NCBI GenBank assembly: GCA_963724295.1
Contig: CAVRUC010000002.1
Location: forward strand, 320,001-384,000
Length of the DNA stretch: 64,000 bases
Direction: 5' to 3'
Source: an uncultured Chloroflexia bacterium
GTDB lineage: Bacteria > Chloroflexota > Chloroflexia > Thermomicrobiales > UBA6265
In this document: piece after piece, positions 20,771-30,362 of the stretch
How positions within the stretch are numbered: position 1 is the first letter of the stretch
Layout: the number at the start of each line of letters is the position of its first letter
The notes under the pieces: model-generated
Seen by the model: the letters and a program-made list of their open reading frames with translations, nothing else
Database searches by the model: none
Told to the model about the DNA's origin: nothing
Program-made: the position numbers and the translations under genes

Positions 20771-21210
20771 TCTGCGTGGACGCCTCCGTAGCCATCAAGT
20801 GGGTATTGAACGAGGAGCGGAGCGACAAGGCCAGGGCTCTCTACGGCGCTGCACTCGAGGCGGATGAGGTGATCGTTGCGCCAAATCTGCTGCCACTCGA
20901 GGTGACCAACATCCTGCGTCAGCGCATGCGGGGCGAAGGCGGACTCTCGCTTACGGACGCTGCTAGACAACTGGACATCTTCCTCGCTCTTCGCATCGAT
21001 TTCCACAACCCCACGGGGCTGCATTTTCAGGCGCTTGTCCTCGCTGACGCCCTCGATCTGCCGGACACCTATGACGCGCACTATCTGGCACTGGCCGAGC
21101 ATCTCGGTTGCGAGTTCTGGACAGACGACCTGCGACTGTTAGGGCACGTCGCCACCAGCCTGCCCTTCGTACGCTGGATCGGCGATTTCCCGGCGACAGT
21201 GCAGGGGTAG
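20767..21210 (+). CDS. vapC: PIN-domain VapC toxin
   Basis: VDASVAIKW, YDAHYLALA and WTDD acidic motifs. Confidence 0.9.
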   Translation: MICVDASVAIKWVLNEERSDKARALYGAALEADEVIVAPNLLPLEVTNILRQRMRGEGGLSLTDAARQLDIFLALRIDFHNPTGLHFQALVLADALDLPDTYDAHYLALAEHLGCEFWTDDLRLLGHVATSLPFVRWIGDFPATVQG

Positions 21211-21251
21211 CTCCTGCTTGCCAATCCGGACGATGAGGAAACGGGGAGCGG

Positions 21252-22022
21252 ATGGGTACGCACTTTGAGCGTGTGACGTTCGCCGGGATTCGCGAGGCGA
21301 CGTGCCAGCATCTCGCTGCGCTGCCGTCGGCGATCGATTCGTTTCTGGAGGACCACATCCTGGCCTCCAACCACTACCGGATTGTCGTCACGGGCGAGCC
21401 GGCCGGCTTTGCCTCGATCCATGAGGAACGCCTGATTACGCAGTTCGCCCTTTCAGAGCCCTACAGGCAGCATGGGCAAGACCTGTACCGGGAGCTGCGA
21501 CAGTTAGAGCAGGTGCGCTCCGCGTTCGTGCCGACCTGTGACGAGTTCTTCCTGGCGCACGCACTCGACGATTACCGGCGGCTCGCCAAGCAGGCGTACT
21601 TCTTCGCCACCCCGCCCGGGGTTGGAGAGGTTGATGCGACGAATCGGTATTCCATGCGGCCGGCGGCGATTGCAGACGCCGATTTCGTGCGACAGGAGTC
21701 GGGTGATTTCTTCGAGCACCTGGAGCGGATCATCGAGGCGGAAGAGCTGTTCGTGACTCTGCAGGGTGAGGAGCCGGTCGGGTTCGGAATCCTCGTGGAG
21801 AGCTCGCTCTACGAGGACGTGGCCAGCATCGGAATGTACACGATCGAGCGCTTCCGGCAGACCGGGGTGGGCACGGCGACCATCGCGGTGCTGATCGAGG
21901 AGTGCCGCCGGCGTTCGCTGCGCCCGGTGGCGGGGTGCTGGTATTACAACCACCGCTCGCGGCGGACCCTGCAGCGGGCGGGCATGTACTCGCCTACCCG
22001 ACTCCTGAAGATCGATTACTGA
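21252..22022 (+). CDS. GNAT family N-acetyltransferase
   Basis: FRQTGVGT acetyl-CoA-binding motif; N..SRRTLQRAG. Confidence 0.8.
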   Translation: MGTHFERVTFAGIREATCQHLAALPSAIDSFLEDHILASNHYRIVVTGEPAGFASIHEERLITQFALSEPYRQHGQDLYRELRQLEQVRSAFVPTCDEFFLAHALDDYRRLAKQAYFFATPPGVGEVDATNRYSMRPAAIADADFVRQESGDFFEHLERIIEAEELFVTLQGEEPVGFGILVESSLYEDVASIGMYTIERFRQTGVGTATIAVLIEECRRRSLRPVAGCWYYNHRSRRTLQRAGMYSPTRLLKIDY

Positions 22023-22196
22023 TCCTGAGACTTCACTCAACGAACTTGGTCGATAACGGAGTTGTGAGATTCGTTACGCCCCGCGGGGAGATCTGGGCAC
22101 GGCATGCCGTGCCCCTACAGGGCCGCTTCGGTTGTTGTCCATTGGCGCCTGACCATCCGCATGGGGAGTTGCCGTACGGAACTCGCTCGCGAGTCG

Positions 22197-23174
22197 TCAG
22201 GTTCGAGCCGGTGTCGTCCCAGATTCCAGCGGTCTCAGTCCCGCCTCTATTCTTGCGCGATGCGGCTCCAGGAAGGGCGGTAGCGCCAGCCGCTCGCCGA
22301 GGTGCTCGGCGTCCTCGTCGGTGGCGAAGCCGGGACCGTCCGTGGCGATCTCGAAGAGGATGCGGCCCGGCTCCCGAAAGTAGAGGGACTTGAAGTAGTA
22401 GCGGTCGATGACGTCGGTGATGCCGATACCGGCCGCCCGCACGCGGTCCCGCCATGCCCGGTGCTCGGTGTCATTTGGAGCGCGAAACGCGACGTGATGA
22501 ACCCCGCCGCTGCCGAGCTGGGAAGGTCGCAGGTCTGGCCGCTCTTCGACCCGGACCTCCGTGCCGGGTCCCCCCGGGCCACTCTCGAAGACGACGGTAC
22601 GCAGCACGGGGTTGTCGGCCGCGGGAAAATCGCCGGCCTGCCGGAAGTTGAGAACGTCGGTCAGCACACGAGCCGTCGGAGCGAGGCGATCGACGGCCAG
22701 GGTGACGTGGTTGAGGCCGCGGATCTGGTGTTCCAGGGGGACTGGGCTCCGTCGCCAGGGGGTGAATCCCACGTCGTTGCCGCCGGCCACCAGGGCCAGT
22801 CGCTGTCCCTCCGGATCGGCGAAGCGCAACGTAGGGTGTCCCGCGATCTCCGCGACGCCGCTGTCCGTGAGACCCCGCTCGTTGAAACGCCGCGCCCACC
22901 AATCGAGCGCAGCGCGATCCGGCACACGCAAGCCGATCTCGGCGATGCTCCCCGTGCCGGGCAGATTCGGTCCCATGCCGGCCCAATCGAAGAAGGTCAC
23001 CTCGGTGCCGGGGCTACCAACTTCGTCTCCATAAAAGAGGTGATAGGCCGAGACGTCGTCCTGATTGACCGTCTTCTTGACCAGCCGCAAACCAAGCGCG
23101 TTGGTGTAGAAGTCCAGGTTGCCTGGTGCGTTGCTGGTGACCGCGGTGACATGGTGCAGACCGCCGAGTTCCAT
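22197..23174 (-). CDS. Ring-cleaving dioxygenase / glyoxalase (MhqO-like)
   Basis: GLHHVTA, KKTVNQDD and DRYYFKSLYFREPG..FEIATDGPGF motifs. Confidence 0.93.
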   Translation of the reverse strand: MELGGLHHVTAVTSNAPGNLDFYTNALGLRLVKKTVNQDDVSAYHLFYGDEVGSPGTEVTFFDWAGMGPNLPGTGSIAEIGLRVPDRAALDWWARRFNERGLTDSGVAEIAGHPTLRFADPEGQRLALVAGGNDVGFTPWRRSPVPLEHQIRGLNHVTLAVDRLAPTARVLTDVLNFRQAGDFPAADNPVLRTVVFESGPGGPGTEVRVEERPDLRPSQLGSGGVHHVAFRAPNDTEHRAWRDRVRAAGIGITDVIDRYYFKSLYFREPGRILFEIATDGPGFATDEDAEHLGERLALPPFLEPHRARIEAGLRPLESGTTPART

Positions 23175-23292
23175 GATCTGTGCCTTTCTGTCGAGAGTTG
23201 ACCGCTTCCCAGCAATGCTGCCACGTCACCGCATCAGATGATGCCACACCAGTTCTTCGCCGGGACCGGCCACGGGAAGACCGTCGCCGCCG

Positions 23293-24303
23293 CTAGAGCA
23301 CACCGGTCAGGCGGTGGAGTACAGCGTAGACAATCCCGGCCAGCAAGGTGCAGGCCGGGATCGTGATCACCCAGGCCGAAACGATGCGACCGGCGATCCC
23401 CCAGCGCACCGCCGACAGGCTCCTCGTGGAGCCGACACCCAGGATCGACGAGGAGATGACGTGCGTCGTTGAGACCGGGATGCCCAGCCGGCTGGCAAGT
23501 GTGATCGAAGTCGCCGCCGCGGTCTCCGCAGCGAACCCATCGATGGTGCGCAACTCGACGACCTTCAATCCCATCGTGCGCACGATCCGCCAGCCGCCCA
23601 TCGCCGTGCCCAAACCCATGGCCGCGGCGGCGGCGAGGATCACCCAGGTCGGCACCTGCCATTCATCCCCGGTCCAGCCGTGGTAGCTCGCCAGGGCCAT
23701 CGTGATCACGCCCATGGTCTTCTGAGCGTCATTGCTGCCATGGCTAAACGCCATGTAGGCGGCCGAAACGACTTGCAGGCGTCCGAAGATGCGATTGACG
23801 CGCAACGGCCGGGAGCGGGCAAAGATCCAGAGCAACGCCATCAGCAGGATCAGCGCCACGAGGAAGCCGAGCACCGGTGAGTAGACCAAGCCCTGCAGCG
23901 TCTTGGTGATGCCCTCAATCTCGATCGCAGCGACGCCGGCCGAGGCGATGCCCGCGCCGACAATGGAGAAGATCAGGGCATGACTGGAGCTGGAAGGGAT
24001 CGCTAGCCACCAGGTAAAAAGATTCCAGGAGATTGCGGAGATGAGCGCAGCGGCGACGAGTTGCTGGGTGACAACTTCCGGTGAGACGATCCCCTGGCCG
24101 ACGGTGGTCGCCACCGCGGTGCCCGACACCGCGCCGATGACATTGAAGACCGCCGCCATGCTGACGGCCTGGCCGGGTGAGAGGACACGGGTTGCTACAG
24201 AAGTCGCGATGGCATTGGCGGTGTCGTGAAATCCATTGACGAAGTCGAAGGCAAGCCCAAGGGCGATGATCGTCGCGAGGCCGATCAGGGCTGGCTCAAC
24301 CAT
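23293..24303 (-). CDS. pit: Inorganic phosphate transporter (PiT family)
   Basis: GFHDTANAIAT, HGSNDAQKTMG and PVSTTH motifs. Confidence 0.95.
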   Translation of the reverse strand: MVEPALIGLATIIALGLAFDFVNGFHDTANAIATSVATRVLSPGQAVSMAAVFNVIGAVSGTAVATTVGQGIVSPEVVTQQLVAAALISAISWNLFTWWLAIPSSSSHALIFSIVGAGIASAGVAAIEIEGITKTLQGLVYSPVLGFLVALILLMALLWIFARSRPLRVNRIFGRLQVVSAAYMAFSHGSNDAQKTMGVITMALASYHGWTGDEWQVPTWVILAAAAAMGLGTAMGGWRIVRTMGLKVVELRTIDGFAAETAAATSITLASRLGIPVSTTHVISSSILGVGSTRSLSAVRWGIAGRIVSAWVITIPACTLLAGIVYAVLHRLTGVL

Positions 24304-24937
24304 TCTTGAGGAAGATGCCTTCCAGGACGTCGGCAACGTCCTCGGCGCGATCCGTCGCGTCTTCGAGCAGCCCGTAAAGCTCTCCCCAGCGCATGCAGCT
24401 CACGAGGGACGGGATGTCTGACGCGCTGTCATAGAGAACCGCCAGTGCCTCATTGAGGACGTCGTCGGCCTCGTTCTCGAGGCGGTGGATCTCGACGACG
24501 TGGCGGCGGATCTCATCGCCGTTCTTACCAACGTCACTGAGCAGCGCAACGGCCTTGGCAAGACCCTCCGTCTGCTCGTGCAGGATGCGCGCGAGGAGCC
24601 GCGCCGGCTCGGTCGACTCCGCAAGCCGATATAGCCCGAGGCGCTTTCCGGCTTCCTCGGCGTCGTCGACGAGGTCGTCGAACTTGACGGCAAGCTCGCG
24701 AATGTCTTCGCGGTCGAGCGGTGTGACGAACGTGCTGTTGAGCGCACTGAAGATGCGGTGGGTGATCTCGTCGCCGCGATGCTCCAGATCGCGCAACAGC
24801 CGGATGTCTCGCTCTCGATCCGCCCCGTTGGCGACCACCCGGGCGAGAACCTCCGTGACCTGGGCGGCGTTGGCGCCGGCGTCCTCAAACTGGTCGAAGA
24901 ATTGTTCGTCACGGGGCAGGAACCGCGCTAAGACCAT
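24296..24937 (-). CDS. DUF47 PiT-associated PhoU-like regulator
   Basis: LEHRGD and FVTPLDREDI motifs; overlaps pit. Confidence 0.92.
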   Translation of the reverse strand: MVLARFLPRDEQFFDQFEDAGANAAQVTEVLARVVANGADRERDIRLLRDLEHRGDEITHRIFSALNSTFVTPLDREDIRELAVKFDDLVDDAEEAGKRLGLYRLAESTEPARLLARILHEQTEGLAKAVALLSDVGKNGDEIRRHVVEIHRLENEADDVLNEALAVLYDSASDIPSLVSCMRWGELYGLLEDATDRAEDVADVLEGIFLKNG

Positions 24938-25060
24938 CGATCGCTCTCCTCGCTTCCTTCCTATGCACGGCCTGCGCCGGCGCGGCCGATGCGAGAAAAT
25001 GTTAACAACATGCTATCCGCCGGGGCTGATTGGCGCAGGCCCGAATTCCGGGAGACCGCT

Positions 25061-25858
25061 ATCGATCCTGTCGCCGTGGTCCTCGTACTCGTCTCCGCCG
25101 TCGTGCATGCGAGTTGGAATCGGGTGCTTCACGCGGAGGACGACCGGGTAGCGGCGATGTCTGTTGCCGGTCTGGTCGTCGGCGTGATGCTGCTGCCGGC
25201 CGTGCTGATCAGCCCACCATGGGCGGCGCTTCCCTTTGTGATCGCGTCGGCGATGGCCCATGTGGCCTATGCGCTCGGTCTTTCCGCGGCGTACCGGCGT
25301 GGGGCCCTCTCGGTCGCCTATCCCCTCGGTCGCGGCGTCGCCCCGTTACTGGTGACGCTTGGCGGCTGGCTGCTCCTGTCGGAGCGACCAGACCCGTGGG
25401 CGCTGGTTGGCGCGATCTCCCTCGCGGCCGGACTGGCACTGATTGCGGTCGCTGGCGGGCGTGCCGGACAGGGTGCGGCGGTCGGCTTTGCCCTCTTGAC
25501 CGGACTGACGATTGCCGCGTACTCCGTCGTCGACGCCGGGGCCGTGCGCCAGGTATCGCCCGTCGGGTATCTCGGCGCGGTGTTGGGAATCCAGGGCGCC
25601 CTGTTGACCCTCCTCATACGCGGGAACCGAACCAGACTGCGACGCGGCCTCCGCTCGGGCGCCCTCATCGCGGTGGCCTCGGTCGGCGCCTATCTTCTCG
25701 TGCTCTACGCCTTCCAGGTGGCGCCGGCGGGCCGGGTCTCGACGCTGCGCGAGGCCTCGGTGCTGGTCGGCCTGATGCTCTCCGGTGAGCGGCCATCGCG
25801 CGCGGTCTGGACCGGCGCCATCCTCGTCCTGGCCGGCGCACTGCTGGCCGCGAGCTGA
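25061..25858 (+). CDS. EamA/DMT family transporter (start uncertain)
   Basis: HASWN, LSVAYPLGRG and LREASV motifs. Confidence 0.85.
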   Translation: MDPVAVVLVLVSAVVHASWNRVLHAEDDRVAAMSVAGLVVGVMLLPAVLISPPWAALPFVIASAMAHVAYALGLSAAYRRGALSVAYPLGRGVAPLLVTLGGWLLLSERPDPWALVGAISLAAGLALIAVAGGRAGQGAAVGFALLTGLTIAAYSVVDAGAVRQVSPVGYLGAVLGIQGALLTLLIRGNRTRLRRGLRSGALIAVASVGAYLLVLYAFQVAPAGRVSTLREASVLVGLMLSGERPSRAVWTGAILVLAGALLAAS

Positions 25859-26078
25859 GAGGGACACCGCGCGCTTGACGCGTCGGGAGTCAGGGTGAAG
25901 CGAGCGTGGCAGGGTGGTTACTCGCTCCGCTCGTGGTGGCAGGGTGGCGGGGAGGCCAGGGAACGGATACCCGCCACCCCGCCACCCTGTGACCCTGTCA
26001 CCCTCGAATAACCGTGACGCGTACTGGTCTGCCGAGCGACAATGATGCCGTCACCAACGTTCGCTCGAAAGGATCCCG

Positions 26079-27107
26079 ATGCGCGCTTTCGCTCCACTCC
26101 TTGTTGGCGTCTTCCTTTTCGCCCCCGCGCTGACGAGCACCGTCACGGCCCAGGCGACCGCGGTGGCGGAGACGCCGCCGGAGTCATGCCTGGCCGCCTT
26201 CACCTTCCCGGTTTTGCCGGGGGAGCATCCGCACGACGTCGCCCCCGCGGCCGATGGCCGGCACATCTGGTACACGGCACAGCACGCCGGGGCGCTGGGA
26301 TTGCTCGACCCGGTGACGGGAACGATCGAGTCGATTCCGCTGGGCGAGGGCTCCTCGCCGCATGGCGTCGTCGTGGCACCGGACGGCGCGGCGTGGGTGA
26401 CCGATACGGGGCTGAACGCGATCGTGCGCGTCGACGCGGAGACACGGGGGATCTCGGTCTGGCCGCTGGCGGGAGCAAACGCCAATCTCAACACCGCCAC
26501 CATCGACCCGGACGGCGTGGTCTGGTTCACCGGTCAGAATGGGGTCGTGGGTCGCCTCGACCCGGCCAACACGCCACCGGGGACGGTGATCGAGCCGGTC
26601 GCCGCGCCGCGCGGACCCGGTCCTTACGGAATCGATGCCACGCCGGAGGGTGACGTCTACTTCGCCTCCCTCGCCGGGAGCTATCTGGGGCAGATCGTGC
26701 CGGGAGAGGGTCAGCGCTTCACCGTCGAGGTGATCGAGCCGCCGACGCCAGGGCAGGGGACGCGCCGGGTCTGGTCCGATTCCCAGGGCGTGCTCTGGAC
26801 CAGCGAGTGGAACGCCGGTCAGGTCGGTCGCTACGACCCCGCGACCGGGGAGTGGACGGAGTGGCGCCTTCCTGGGGACGCACCCCAGGTCTACGCGGTC
26901 TTCGTCGACGAGCGAGACGACGTCTGGCTGAGCGATTTCGGGGCCAACGCACTCGTGCGCTTCGATCCCGATACGGAGAGCTTCGCCGTGGTCCCGCTAC
27001 CCGATGCCAACGCCCAGGTGCGCCAGATGCTCGGTCGCCCAGGAGAGGTTTGGGGCGCCGAGTCCGGCGCCGACGCGCTGGTGGTCGTCCGCTCGATCTG
27101 TGGCTAA
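26079..27107 (+). CDS. Secreted Vgb-family beta-propeller lyase
   Basis: HPHDVAPAADG, PHGV and GPYGIDATP repeats; signal peptide. Confidence 0.88.
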   Translation: MRAFAPLLVGVFLFAPALTSTVTAQATAVAETPPESCLAAFTFPVLPGEHPHDVAPAADGRHIWYTAQHAGALGLLDPVTGTIESIPLGEGSSPHGVVVAPDGAAWVTDTGLNAIVRVDAETRGISVWPLAGANANLNTATIDPDGVVWFTGQNGVVGRLDPANTPPGTVIEPVAAPRGPGPYGIDATPEGDVYFASLAGSYLGQIVPGEGQRFTVEVIEPPTPGQGTRRVWSDSQGVLWTSEWNAGQVGRYDPATGEWTEWRLPGDAPQVYAVFVDERDDVWLSDFGANALVRFDPDTESFAVVPLPDANAQVRQMLGRPGEVWGAESGADALVVVRSICG

Positions 27108-27122
27108 TTCTCCGCCAGTTGA

Positions 27123-27749
27123 TTAGGCCGGCTCGGCGACCGGCGCAAGGGCGTGATTGAGTGTGGTCAGGATGCCGGCAATGAAGCGATCGTCCGCCTC
27201 CGGGTGCGGCGGCTGGCCCAGAAACTGCCGCCAGTAAACGTATTGATACAGCGCTCCCAGCAGCATGTACGCGACGGCATCAGGGCCAGTGTCACCGCGG
27301 ACGCGACCGATTCCCTGTTCAGCACGAAGATAGGCGGCGACTGCTTCGTTCGCTCGCTGTGGTCCGGCACCGCGCTCCTGGAGCAACTCTCGGTGACGGG
27401 CCAGCAGCTCGGGGTCGGCAAAGAATGAGGCCCCCATCGGGATCGCCTCACGATAGAAATCAAGGGCGGACCGCGCGAGCTGCTCCAGCACGGCTAAGAC
27501 GGTTTCGGTCCCTACACGCCCGTGCAAGCCTCGGATAAGCGTGACAAACCCGGACGGCAGCTCGTTCAGCGTGCAGAGAAACAACTCCTCTTTGTTGGAG
27601 AAGTGGTTGTAGAGTGTGCCTTCGGACACGCCCGCCGCGCGCGCAATCTCTTTGGTGGTTGCGCGCACCAGTCCTTTGCTCAACATCACCGCACGCGCCG
27701 CGTCAATGATGCGCTCTCTTGTCCCGGTTCTTCCCGCCACGGGTGGCAT
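27123..27749 (-). CDS. TetR family transcriptional regulator
   Basis: TTKEIARAAGVSEGTLYNHFSNKEELF HTH. Confidence 0.93.
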   Translation of the reverse strand: MPPVAGRTGTRERIIDAARAVMLSKGLVRATTKEIARAAGVSEGTLYNHFSNKEELFLCTLNELPSGFVTLIRGLHGRVGTETVLAVLEQLARSALDFYREAIPMGASFFADPELLARHRELLQERGAGPQRANEAVAAYLRAEQGIGRVRGDTGPDAVAYMLLGALYQYVYWRQFLGQPPHPEADDRFIAGILTTLNHALAPVAEPA

Positions 27750-27751
27750 CC

Positions 27752-27801
27752 TTGACAATGAGTGAGTGCTCACTTAGCATTCTAGAAAGTGAGTGTTCAC
27801 T
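27752..27801 (+). promoter_or_regulatory. Sigma70 promoter with two tandem palindromic operators (putative TetR sites)
   Basis: TTGACA 27752-27757, 17 bp, TAGCAT 27775-27780; AGTGAGTG(C/T)TCACT at 27761-27774 and 27788-27801. Confidence 0.8.
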
Positions 27802-27899
27802 CAGTATCGGCAATCGATGTCGATTCTGCCAGTCCTTGCTCGACAACCTACAGCGCGAGGCTCTTTCCACGTTTTTCTCGTCCCTATCAGGAGCAACCC

Positions 27900-28880
27900 A
27901 TGGTCGGAACCCGCTTCCCAAATTCCCGCTTTACTCGTCGCCGCGCGTTACGCTCCATGGCCGCTGCGCTTGTCCCTGCGGCTAGCGCCGGGCTCGAACC
28001 TGGCGCTATTCGCGCTGACGAGGCAACTCCCGCTGACGCTTCTGCCGTTGAAGGCACGAGCCCGGAGATCGTCTATCTCGTGCAATACATTCACCCGGAG
28101 AAGACGTTCTTCTGGGTTCCGGGCCTCGCCAACGATGAAGTGCGCGCCGGTCTTTACGACCTCGATGTCGCCACCTATCAAGCGATCAGAGCCGAGTTTG
28201 TGGCGGCCGCACGACGGACAGCGGAAGAGTTGCTCGCAGAAGAATCGTTCGCGGACAAGGTGGACCAGTTGCCGTTCGAGCGCAACGCGGTTGTGGCGGT
28301 TCTCGGAGAGAGCGACACCGATTCGCTGCAATCCTGGTTCGAGATTCTTCGCCAACTGCTCGATCTGCGTCGCCCCGCGGACGGCATCGTGTTGGTGAAT
28401 TCGGGGGTCTCCGCACTTACGACTACGCAGGCTTTCAACCCCTTCATGCCGGTTCTGGCGCAGCAACCGGACTGGATCTTCTGTGCTCTAGGGGGCAATG
28501 ACGCGGCTCGCATTGGACCGGAGCCAACCAAGACGCTGGTTTCGCTTGACGAGACGACGCGCAACCTCGCGGAGTTGCGGCGTCTGGCTGGGATCGCGAC
28601 GCAGGCGCGGTGGGTCTGGCTCACCCGAATGCCCGTTGACGAGGCCCGTATGGAGACGTACGAACCGTTCCGAATGGGGCCGCTCCCGTTCATTTGGCGC
28701 AATCCCGACCTCGAGGCGATCAACGGGTGGCTTCGCGATCAGCCGGAGCCGGTCGTCGACATCTACGCGGGATTTGGTAGGCCGGTCCCGCCGGAGTTTC
28801 AGGAACCCGATGGCCTGCATCCGACGCTGGCCGGGCACCAGGCCCTGGCCAGGGAATTCGTGGACCGTCTGGCGGGATGA
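27900..28880 (+). CDS. Tat-exported SGNH/GDSL hydrolase
   Basis: TRRRAL signal; GESDT, GVSA, GGND and DGLHP blocks. Confidence 0.88.
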   Translation: MVGTRFPNSRFTRRRALRSMAAALVPAASAGLEPGAIRADEATPADASAVEGTSPEIVYLVQYIHPEKTFFWVPGLANDEVRAGLYDLDVATYQAIRAEFVAAARRTAEELLAEESFADKVDQLPFERNAVVAVLGESDTDSLQSWFEILRQLLDLRRPADGIVLVNSGVSALTTTQAFNPFMPVLAQQPDWIFCALGGNDAARIGPEPTKTLVSLDETTRNLAELRRLAGIATQARWVWLTRMPVDEARMETYEPFRMGPLPFIWRNPDLEAINGWLRDQPEPVVDIYAGFGRPVPPEFQEPDGLHPTLAGHQALAREFVDRLAG

Positions 28881-28920
28881 ACGCTCAAGGTGGGCGGTAG
28901 CAACACTGAGGAGGAAGTCA

Positions 28921-29385
28921 ATGGACTCGCTCTACCTCTGGCTGAAATTTGTGCATGTGGTGGCGGCAGTCGTCTCTGTCGGGGGCTTCCTCGCCTTGAC
29001 GGTGCTCAATGCCCGGATCGCACGCGCGGGTGAGCCAGCGGCAGCCGCCGCTTTGGGGCAGCAAAGCGAAGTGTTTGGGCGGACGGTTCTTGGACCAGCA
29101 ATGGGCATCCTCTTGATCGCCGGTCTGTGGATGGCCGGCCAATTCGGTATTCCGTTCACCGACCTCTGGATCGTCTGGGGGCTGGTCGGATTCGTTCTCT
29201 TCGTTCTCCTGGGGGTGGTCGGACTCGGCCGCACCGGAGCTGAACTCGGCGAGGTAGCGAGGACGGCGGGCGCGAACGATCCCCGCGTGGCCGCCTTGCG
29301 ACAGCGAATGTCCCTTCTGAGTTGGCTCAGCCTGCTCGTGCTGTTGTCGGTGATCTGGGCGATGGTCCTCAAGCCGACGTTGTAA
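28921..29385 (+). CDS. DUF2269-like membrane protein
   Basis: LKFVHVVAAV start; C-terminal MVLKP. Confidence 0.8.
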   Translation: MDSLYLWLKFVHVVAAVVSVGGFLALTVLNARIARAGEPAAAAALGQQSEVFGRTVLGPAMGILLIAGLWMAGQFGIPFTDLWIVWGLVGFVLFVLLGVVGLGRTGAELGEVARTAGANDPRVAALRQRMSLLSWLSLLVLLSVIWAMVLKPTL

Positions 29386-29534
29386 CCGGGTCGCATTTGG
29401 AGCCCACCGAACGGGTGCGCATCAGAGTCGGCGAAGGTCCCCGGGTTATCCATCCTCCGTTCCACTTAGCCAATTCATGCGCCCCATGGCCCCATACACG
29501 CCGTCGAGGTGGAGTTCCGACCTGAGTCAATGAG

Positions 29535-30275
29535 GTGAATTCTGTGAGTGAATTAGAGCAGCGCGCGGGCGAACGGCTCCTGCTGCATATCGGGGCCGTG
29601 GCCGCCATCATCGGTACGATCCTTCAGGTGGCCGCCGGAACCAGTCAAAGCGCGCAGCTCGGCGCTGGCGCGGACCTGGCCCTAGCTTCCCTGGCCACAC
29701 TGCCTGATTGGGCCTGGACGTTCACGTACTTCGGCTTCATTTTCGGCGCGGTTCTGTGGGTCGGCGCGCTCGTGGCGCTCGCCTCGACGCTGACCGAGGG
29801 CGCCGCCTGGGCGCTGGGCAGGCTAGCAGTCGCGGCAGCTATCATCGGCGCCACGTTGCACGCTGTCGATGGATCGCTTAACGCTGGTGCTCTGGCGGGG
29901 TTGGCCGGGGCCTGGGAGGCCGCGCCCGAACCGGATCGAGCGGCTTTGGTGCAAAACGCCGATCTGCTGCTACGCGTGCTGGATGCCACCTGGGCCGGGG
30001 TGATCACACTGTTCCACGGCGCACCGTTCGTGTTGGCCGGGCTGGCAGTCGCGGTCAGCCGCCGCTATCCCGCTTGGCTGGGCTGGATCGGGTTCATCGG
30101 TGGGGCGGGGTCGCTCGTCATCGGGATCGGGATGTTCCTCGGCTTGGCGCCCGCTGGACTGGCCGTACCGTTCGCGGTCGTTCTCAGTCTGTTCATGGTC
30201 GTTCTGGGTTGGCTGATGTGGAATCGGGCCCGTATCGTCACGCAGGGACGCGGGCCAATGGAGCATGCGGCCTGA
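29535..30275 (+). CDS. Hypothetical multi-TM membrane protein (DUF4386-like)
   Basis: About 6 TM helices; YPAWLGW motif. Confidence 0.7.
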   Translation: MNSVSELEQRAGERLLLHIGAVAAIIGTILQVAAGTSQSAQLGAGADLALASLATLPDWAWTFTYFGFIFGAVLWVGALVALASTLTEGAAWALGRLAVAAAIIGATLHAVDGSLNAGALAGLAGAWEAAPEPDRAALVQNADLLLRVLDATWAGVITLFHGAPFVLAGLAVAVSRRYPAWLGWIGFIGGAGSLVIGIGMFLGLAPAGLAVPFAVVLSLFMVVLGWLMWNRARIVTQGRGPMEHAA

Positions 30276-30362
30276 AACTTGGCATGCAGATCGCCGACTT
30301 CGCCTGTCGCGGCGGCGTAACGCAGTGGTCTACGGCATGAACTGATCTGAGCAGGCAACTGA

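Noticed and set aside
24995..25020. PHO box upstream of DUF47-pit
   Set aside because: Only one TTAACA-like unit; no clear 11-bp direct repeat.
26079..27107. Streptogramin resistance gene
   Set aside because: Vgb-like propellers are widespread and this one has a signal peptide; resistance cannot be inferred.
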